Of a stretch of 64,000 bases of DNA, positions 57,063-64,000 are shown piece by piece. The notes beneath the pieces are model-generated. The model was not told where the DNA came from. It did no database searches and saw only the letters and a list, made by a program, of their open reading frames with translations. The stretch's first letter is position 1. The number at the start of each line of letters is the position of its first letter. The DNA is from an uncultured bacterium (GTDB lineage Bacteria; Pseudomonadota; Gammaproteobacteria; Burkholderiales; SG8-39), in assembly GCA_965233125.1 (NCBI GenBank), contig CBDDRQ010000030.1, forward strand, positions 16,419 through 80,418. Direction: 5' to 3'. Made by a program: the position numbers and the translations under genes.

Positions 57063-58268
57063 TCAGCTCAGGACGACCCTGATCCCGTTCTTCTCGAGCA
57101 GCGCGACCAGGGCGTCGGTGTGCTCGCGCTCGCGCGTCTCCACCAGGAACTCGACCTCCGGGGAGCGCACCGAGGCGGTGCCGAAGATGCGCTGGTGCAT
57201 GATCTCGACGATGTTGCCGCCGGCCTCGGCGATGAGCGCGGCCACCTTGGCGAGGCTGCCCGAGACGTCGGGCAGGGTGACGCGCAGGCGCGCGAGGCGC
57301 CCGTCGCGCACGAGGCCGCGCATCAGCACCGAGGCGAGGACGCGGCTGTCGATGTTGCCCCCCGAGACCGGCAGGCCGACGCGCCTGCCGGCGAATCGCC
57401 CCGGGTGCTCGAGCAGCGCCGCGAGCCCGGCGGCGCCGGCGCCCTCGGCCACGGTCTTCTCGATCTCGATCAGCGCCACCACCGCGCGCTCGATGGTCTC
57501 CTCCTCGACCACGAACACCTCCTCGACCAGCCGCCGCACCACGTCGAAGGCGATGTCGCCGACGTCCTTCACGGCGATGCCCTCGGCGATGGTGTCGCCG
57601 CCGACCTTGACCGGCAGCCCGGCGAGCCGCTGGTGCATCGAAGGGTAGCTGCGGGACTCGACGCCGTAGACCGTGATCAGCGGCTTCAGCGCCTTTGCGG
57701 CGATGGCGATGCCCGAGACCAGGCCCCCGCCGCCCACCGGCACCACCAGCGCGTCGAGCTCCGGCACCGCTTCGAGCATCTCCAGGGCGACCGTGCCCTG
57801 GCCGGCGACGACGAGCGGGTCCTCGTAGGGATGGACGAAGACGAGCCCTTCGCGCGCGGCGATCTCGCTCGCGTGGCGGCCGGCCTCGGCGAGCGACTCG
57901 CCCTCGAGCACGACCTGCGCGCCGTGCACCTCGGTGTTGCGGATCTTGGAGTTGGGCGAGCCCCTGGGCATGACGATCACCGCGCGGATCCCCAGGCGCG
58001 CGGCGTGGTAGGCGACCGCCTGCGCGTGGTTGCCGGCGCTCATCGCGATCACGCCGCGCCGGCGCTCGGATTCCGGGAGCGCGAGCAGCCGGTTCAGCGC
58101 GCCGCGCTCCTTGAACGAGGCGGTGAACTGCAGGTTCTCGAGCTTGAGGAACACTTCCGCGCCGGTGAGGCGCGAGAGCGTGCGGCTGTGCACGCACGGC
58201 GTGTGCTCGATCGCGCCTTTCAGGCGGGCCGCCGCCTGACGAATCTCCTCGAGCCCGGGCGCGTCCAT
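57063..58268 (-). CDS. threonine ammonia-lyase (threonine dehydratase), PLP-dependent, with a C-terminal ACT-like domain
   Basis: LKLENLQFTASFKERGA (PLP lysine region) and SAGNHAQAVAYHA, plus a C-terminal regulatory domain. 401 aa. Confidence 0.85.
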   Translation of the reverse strand: MDAPGLEEIRQAAARLKGAIEHTPCVHSRTLSRLTGAEVFLKLENLQFTASFKERGALNRLLALPESERRRGVIAMSAGNHAQAVAYHAARLGIRAVIVMPRGSPNSKIRNTEVHGAQVVLEGESLAEAGRHASEIAAREGLVFVHPYEDPLVVAGQGTVALEMLEAVPELDALVVPVGGGGLVSGIAIAAKALKPLITVYGVESRSYPSMHQRLAGLPVKVGGDTIAEGIAVKDVGDIAFDVVRRLVEEVFVVEEETIERAVVALIEIEKTVAEGAGAAGLAALLEHPGRFAGRRVGLPVSGGNIDSRVLASVLMRGLVRDGRLARLRVTLPDVSGSLAKVAALIAEAGGNIVEIMHQRIFGTASVRSPEVEFLVETREREHTDALVALLEKNGIRVVLS

Positions 58269-58275
58269 GCCTGCG

Positions 58276-58641
58276 CTAGCCGCCGCCGAGGGCCTTCTGC
58301 ACCGACTTCAGGAGCCGGTCGACGAGCACCGGCTTGAGGATGTAGTCGGCGGCGCCGAGCGCCGTCGCGCGCGCCGCGCCGTCCTCGACGGAGGTGAGGA
58401 AGATCACCGGCATGCGCGGCAGCGCCGCGTCGGCGCGCAGGGCCTCCACCAGCTGGAAGCCGTCCATGTTGGGCATGTCGACGTCGCAGACGATGAGGTC
58501 GGGGGGCGAGCGCAGCACGGCGTAGCCCGCGCCGACGCCGTCCTCGGTGACCGCGACCTCGTAGCCCGCATGCTCCAGGTGCAGGCGCAGCAGCTCGCGC
58601 ATGCTCTCGTCGTCCTCGACCACGAGGATCCTCGAAGCCAT
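58276..58641 (-). CDS. single-domain response regulator (CheY-like receiver)
   Basis: ILVVEDDE..., DLIVCDVDMPNMDG and DYILKP are canonical receiver motifs. Confidence 0.85.
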   Translation of the reverse strand: MASRILVVEDDESMRELLRLHLEHAGYEVAVTEDGVGAGYAVLRSPPDLIVCDVDMPNMDGFQLVEALRADAALPRMPVIFLTSVEDGAARATALGAADYILKPVLVDRLLKSVQKALGGG

Positions 58642-58671
58642 GGCGCATTATAGGTTTATCATTCTTCGGCC

Positions 58672-60108
58672 ATGGAACTCGACCTCCGCGAGCAGGCGCG
58701 TTCGCCGGCCGCCGGCGAAGCCCTGCTCGAGGCCTTCACCGAGCATTCGCCCGCGGTCATGTTCGTCAAGGACCGCGAAGGGCGCTATCGCTTCGTCAAC
58801 CCGCAGTTCCTGCAGCGCTTCGCCCTGCGCCGCGAGCAGGTCATCGGCCGCACCGACGCCGAGCTCTTTCCGCAGCCGCACGCGCTCGCCCTCGCCGCCA
58901 ACGACGCGCACGTGCTGGCGAGCGGGCAGCCGCTGCAGTTCGAGGCGACCTTCCCCTCGATGGGCGCGGAAAGCATCGCCATGGTGGTCAAGTTTCCGGC
59001 GCTCGAGGGCGTCGGCGGCATGATCTTCGACATCACCGAGAGGAAGCGCGCGGAGCAGGCGCTGCGCGAGAGCCGCACGCTGCTCGAGGAGGCGCAGAAG
59101 GTGGCGGGCCTGGGCTGCTGGGAGTGGGACCCGGCGAGCGGGCGGCTGCACTGGTCCGATGAGCTCTACCGCATCTACGGCGCCGATCCGGCGAGCTTCC
59201 GCCCTTCCTTCGAAGGCTACCTCGGGCGCGTGCATCCCGATGACCGCGCCCGCGTGAGCGAGACGGTGGCCGCGGCGCTGGTCGACGGCCGCGGCTTCCG
59301 GCTGGAGGAGCGCATCGTGCGCTTCGACGGCGCGCAGCGCGTGCTGCGCAGCCAGGGCGAGGTGGTGAAGTCCGAGGCCGGCCGGGCGCTCAAGATGCTG
59401 GGCGCCTGCTTCGACGTCACCGAGCAGAAGGCCGCGGAAGAGCGCCTGCGCGCGGCGGCCGAGACGCTCTCGCGGCTCTCGCGGCGCCTGGTCGAGGCCG
59501 AGGAGGCCGAGCGCCGGCGCATCGCGCGCGAGCTGCACGACCGCGTCGGGCAGAACCTCTCTGCGCTCAACATCAACCTCGACATCGTGCTGGGCATGCT
59601 GGGCGAGCAGGCGCCGCGCGAGGTGCGCGTGCGCCTGCGCGACTCGCTCGCGCTGGTCGACGGCACCCTGCAGACCATCGAGAACGTGATGGCCGACCTG
59701 CGCCCGCCGCTGCTCGACGAGTACGGGTTGGGCGCGGCGCTCGGCTGGCACGCGGAGGAGTTCGTGCGCCGCACGCACCTGCGCGTGGACTACGAGGACC
59801 GCGCCAGGGAGCGCACGCGCAGCCTCGCGCCGGAAGCGGCGGTAACCCTCTTTCGCATCGCCCAGGAGGCGCTCAGCAACGTCGCCAAGCACGCGCGGGC
59901 GACCCAGGCGAAGATCTTCCTCGACGTGAGCGAGAACCGGTTCATCCTGACGATCACGGATGACGGCCGCGGCTTCGACCCGGCGGCGCCGACCACGCGG
60001 CTGGGCTTGCGCTCGATGCGCGAGCGCATCGACGCCGCGGGCGGGGCGCTGAGCGTCCTCAGTGCGCCCGGCAAGGGGGCGTCGGTGAGGGTGGAGGTGC
60101 CGCTGTGA
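58672..60108 (+). CDS. PAS-domain sensor histidine kinase (HisKA_3 / NarX-type)
   Basis: Two PAS-like segments, H-box ELHDRVGQNLSAL, and ATPase N/G boxes (EALSNVAKHA, DDGRGF, GLRSMRER). Confidence 0.85.
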   Translation: MELDLREQARSPAAGEALLEAFTEHSPAVMFVKDREGRYRFVNPQFLQRFALRREQVIGRTDAELFPQPHALALAANDAHVLASGQPLQFEATFPSMGAESIAMVVKFPALEGVGGMIFDITERKRAEQALRESRTLLEEAQKVAGLGCWEWDPASGRLHWSDELYRIYGADPASFRPSFEGYLGRVHPDDRARVSETVAAALVDGRGFRLEERIVRFDGAQRVLRSQGEVVKSEAGRALKMLGACFDVTEQKAAEERLRAAAETLSRLSRRLVEAEEAERRRIARELHDRVGQNLSALNINLDIVLGMLGEQAPREVRVRLRDSLALVDGTLQTIENVMADLRPPLLDEYGLGAALGWHAEEFVRRTHLRVDYEDRARERTRSLAPEAAVTLFRIAQEALSNVAKHARATQAKIFLDVSENRFILTITDDGRGFDPAAPTTRLGLRSMRERIDAAGGALSVLSAPGKGASVRVEVPL

Positions 60109-60761
60109 TTCGCATCCTCATCGCCGACGACCACGGCGTCGTGGCCGAGGGCCTCAAGCACCTGATCGAGGCGCAGGCCGACATGCAGGTGGTGGCGATC
60201 GCCGCCGACGGCCGCGAGGCGGTGCGCGTCGCGCGCGAGGCGCAGCCCGACGTGGTGCTGATGGATCTCTCCATGCCGGAGCTGAACGGCGCGGACGCGA
60301 CGCGCGCCATCCTCGAGCGCGACGCGAAGTGCCGCGTCATCGTGCTCTCCATGTACTCCGACCGCGAGTACGTGCGCCGCGCCTTGAAGGCGGGTGCTGC
60401 GGGCTATGTGGTCAAACGCTCGGCCGCCAAGGAAGTGGTGGAGGCGATCCGCGCCGTGTTCGGCGGCGGCCGCTACCTCAGCCCGCGCGTCGCCGACGTG
60501 GTGATCGACGACTACGCCGACGACAAGGCGGGCGACCTGCTCTCGCGCCTCTCGGCGCGCGAGCGCGAGGTGCTGCAGCTCCTGGCCGAGGGCCGCACCG
60601 GCGCCGAGATCGCGCAGCGCCTGTCGCTCTCGCAGAAGACCGTGGAGACCTACCGCGCGCGCCTGGTCGAGAAGCTCGGCATCCGCGACGTCGCCGGCCT
60701 GGTGCGCTTCGCCATCCAGCGCGGGCTGGTGTCCCTCGACGAGGGCGGCGGCAAGGGCTGA
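60105..60761 (+). CDS. NarL/LuxR family response regulator
   Basis: Receiver domain (ILIADDH, VVLMDLSMPELNG) plus LuxR HTH (LSAREREVLQLLAEGRTGAEIAQRLSLSQKTVETYR). 4-nt overlap with the kinase gene. Confidence 0.9.
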   Translation: MIRILIADDHGVVAEGLKHLIEAQADMQVVAIAADGREAVRVAREAQPDVVLMDLSMPELNGADATRAILERDAKCRVIVLSMYSDREYVRRALKAGAAGYVVKRSAAKEVVEAIRAVFGGGRYLSPRVADVVIDDYADDKAGDLLSRLSAREREVLQLLAEGRTGAEIAQRLSLSQKTVETYRARLVEKLGIRDVAGLVRFAIQRGLVSLDEGGGKG

Positions 60762-60835
60762 GCGTAGCGATACCGCTACAGCGCTTGCCGGGCGCCCCGA
60801 CAGACCGGGTGCGCCGGCTGCGGTAGGGTGGCGCC

Positions 60836-61039
60836 ATGAACCAAGAAGAACTGATCTCGAAGCTCGACCAGATCGAGGAGCAGGCGCGGCTCACGCTGGA
60901 GGAGTTCCCGAAGAACCTGACCCGGGAGCGCCAGCGCATGATCATCGCGCTCGCGAAGTACATCCGCTCGGAGCTTGCCGACCGGACCCAGCCGCTGGAC
61001 GTTCCCGCCCCGGGCCTGCACTCGACGCGCGGGCACTGA
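60836..61039 (+). CDS. hypothetical small protein (67 aa)
   Basis: Helical, protein-like sequence MNQEELISKLDQIEEQARLTLEEF. Weak support only. Confidence 0.35.
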   Translation: MNQEELISKLDQIEEQARLTLEEFPKNLTRERQRMIIALAKYIRSELADRTQPLDVPAPGLHSTRGH

Positions 61040-61128
61040 AGGCGCGCCGGCCGCGCCGGCGGCGCGGCCGGGCATGTCGGGCAAATTCCGACATACGCGC
61101 GCGCCCGCCCGTTCCTAGAATCGGGCCC

Positions 61129-62649
<1,521 letters not shown>

Positions 62650-62694
62650 CTTCCCGGCTTCGGCGCAACCGGGGGGCGGCTAGCATGCCTGCTC

Positions 62695-63060
62695 ATGCGG
62701 GCATCGCTGCTCCTGGTCGAGGAACACCACGAGGTCCGCTCGGCGCTGCGCGACTGGCTCCTCACCTCCTTCCCGCCCTTGAAGCTGAGCGAGGCCCGCG
62801 GCATGGAAGAAGCCCTGCAGGCGGCCGGGCGGGCGACGCTCGATTTCGCGCTCGTCAACCTGGAGCTGCCCGGGCCCAACGGCATCGAGGTGGCGCGCGC
62901 GCTGCGCCGGGCCTGCCCCGCCTGCCGCATCGTGGTGATGTCGCTTAACGACTCGGAAGTCCTGCGCATCGCGGCGCTCGAGGCCGGCGCCATCGCCTTC
63001 GTCTCCAAGCGCGAGCTGACCGCGAGCCTGCCGCCGCTCCTTTCAGTTCGAGGCGCCTGA
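62695..63060 (+). CDS. receiver-domain protein with a non-canonical acidic pocket (possible pseudo-receiver)
   Basis: Receiver-like fold, but LLLVEEHH replaces the DD pair, and VNLELPGPNG has Asn where the phospho-accepting Asp is expected. Confidence 0.65.
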   Translation: MRASLLLVEEHHEVRSALRDWLLTSFPPLKLSEARGMEEALQAAGRATLDFALVNLELPGPNGIEVARALRRACPACRIVVMSLNDSEVLRIAALEAGAIAFVSKRELTASLPPLLSVRGA

Positions 63061-63309
63061 TCTTTCCGCGTCGAGCAGCAGGATCTCCACGGCGGCGAGG
63101 AACAGCGGGTAGGGCGGCTCGGTCCGTCCCTGCAGCCAGGGCCTGAGCTCGGCGCCGGGCACGCCGAGGTGGCGAGCCAGCGCGTCGAAGCCGCCGAGGA
63201 TGACGCAGGCGCGGTGCAGCGTTCTCACGTAGACGGACTTGCGGGCGCGCCCGCGCGCCAGGTCGCATTCCGGCACGCGCACCAGCCGGATCGTGCGGCT
63301 TTCGGTCAT
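63043..63309 (-). CDS. small HTH-like protein, paralog 1 of 3
   Basis: Shares RTLHRAC.(I/V)LGG...LA..L...W..G...PP...FLAA.E.LLL.AE with 63707-63961. Confidence 0.5.
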   Translation of the reverse strand: MTESRTIRLVRVPECDLARGRARKSVYVRTLHRACVILGGFDALARHLGVPGAELRPWLQGRTEPPYPLFLAAVEILLLDAERSGASN

Positions 63310-63334
63310 TCGCTCCCTCCCGGGGCGAACTATA

Positions 63335-63598
63335 TCAATCGCGGTCCTGGGGCGACCAGGCCGAGGAGGAGCGGGGGGCCGGCGGCTCGCCGGCGTCCGC
63401 GTCGTCGCCCTCGGGCGTGAGCTCGTCGATGAGGAACTCGACCACCCGCAGGAAGACGTCCCGCGGCAGCTCGTGCTTGCCGCTCAGCCATCTGTCGATG
63501 TCGCCGGCCTTCAGGGCGAGGCGCTCGGCCAGCGCGCGGCGGCCGCCGGCGAGCTCCACCGCCTTCTGCAACGCCCGGATCTGTACGCTCGCAGCCAT
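63335..63598 (-). CDS. small HTH-like protein, paralog 2 of 3 (more divergent)
   Basis: IRALQKAVELAGGRRALAERL...DIDRWLSGKHELPRDVFLRVVEFLIDE has the same architecture as its neighbours. ATG at 63598 was chosen over the longer ORF. Confidence 0.45.
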   Translation of the reverse strand: MAASVQIRALQKAVELAGGRRALAERLALKAGDIDRWLSGKHELPRDVFLRVVEFLIDELTPEGDDADAGEPPAPRSSSAWSPQDRD

Positions 63599-63706
63599 GG
63601 GGGAATCATTGCCCAAGTCCGCGAGACGCACAATCGCGCGCGTCACCACAAATTTTTCCGGGCGCTTCTGACAGGCAGGTCCCGACAGGGACGGCCGGCG
63701 CGGTCT

Positions 63707-63961
63707 TCAGCTTGCTGTGCCGTTGCGCTCTTCGGCGTTGAGCAGGAGGACTTCGATCGCGGCGAGGAACGCGCTCTCGGGCGGCTCGTCGATGCCCTCG
63801 ATCCAGCTGCGCACCGCGGCTTCCGAGGCCCGGAGCTGCGCCGCGAGCTGCGCCACGCCGCCGAGGACGAGGCAGGCGCGGTGCAGGGTGCGCGCGTGGA
63901 CCGTGCGCCGCGCGGGGGCGGCGATCGGGCAGTCGGCGGCACGCGAGGCTCCGGTGCGCAT
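63707..63961 (-). CDS. small HTH-like protein, paralog 3 of 3
   Basis: ARTLHRACLVLGGVAQLAAQL...VRSWIEGIDEPPESAFLAAIEVLLLNAEE closely parallels 63043-63309. Confidence 0.5.
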   Translation of the reverse strand: MRTGASRAADCPIAAPARRTVHARTLHRACLVLGGVAQLAAQLRASEAAVRSWIEGIDEPPESAFLAAIEVLLLNAEERNGTAS

Positions 63962-64000
63962 TGGGCATCATGCGTCCGCCCCGCGCGCGCGCTCAAGTCG

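Overview
Very GC-rich proteobacterial-type chromosomal window. Core genes at 1-5776 and 52802-64000 flank an integrative island of about 47 kb (5791-52801) that is visibly less GC-rich. The island is bounded by a perfect 15-bp direct repeat, GTCCCCATTTAGGGC. A tyrosine integrase sits next to the right repeat, followed by an AlpA-like excisionase/regulator and a P4-family primase-helicase. From left to right the cargo is: (1) a translationally coupled RadC/JAB operon; (2) a plus-strand cassette of an unknown 380-aa protein, a tandem-HKD PLD nuclease and an SNF2/DEAH helicase; (3) a complete class 1 DISARM locus, drmD-drmMI-drmA-drmB-drmC; (4) directly upstream of DISARM on the same strand, a cassette of ECF sigma, ZAS-type anti-sigma-like protein, ARPP-1-like protein, DUF4258 protein and a large HExxH protein with a C-terminal HicA domain; (5) a UDG-superfamily gene with unknown neighbours; (6) a NADAR gene and an HTH gene sharing a palindromic promoter region; (7) a tightly coupled five-gene operon of SIS+HAD phosphatase, PRTase-like protein, P-loop ATPase, an unknown protein and a PfkB kinase. 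I could not assign the five-gene operon to any described defence system, and it is my top candidate for a new system. The right flank holds a LigB-type dioxygenase, a TAXI-TRAP transporter, threonine ammonia-lyase and a dense two-component signalling cluster. All functional calls rest on motifs read from the supplied translations. No database search was run.
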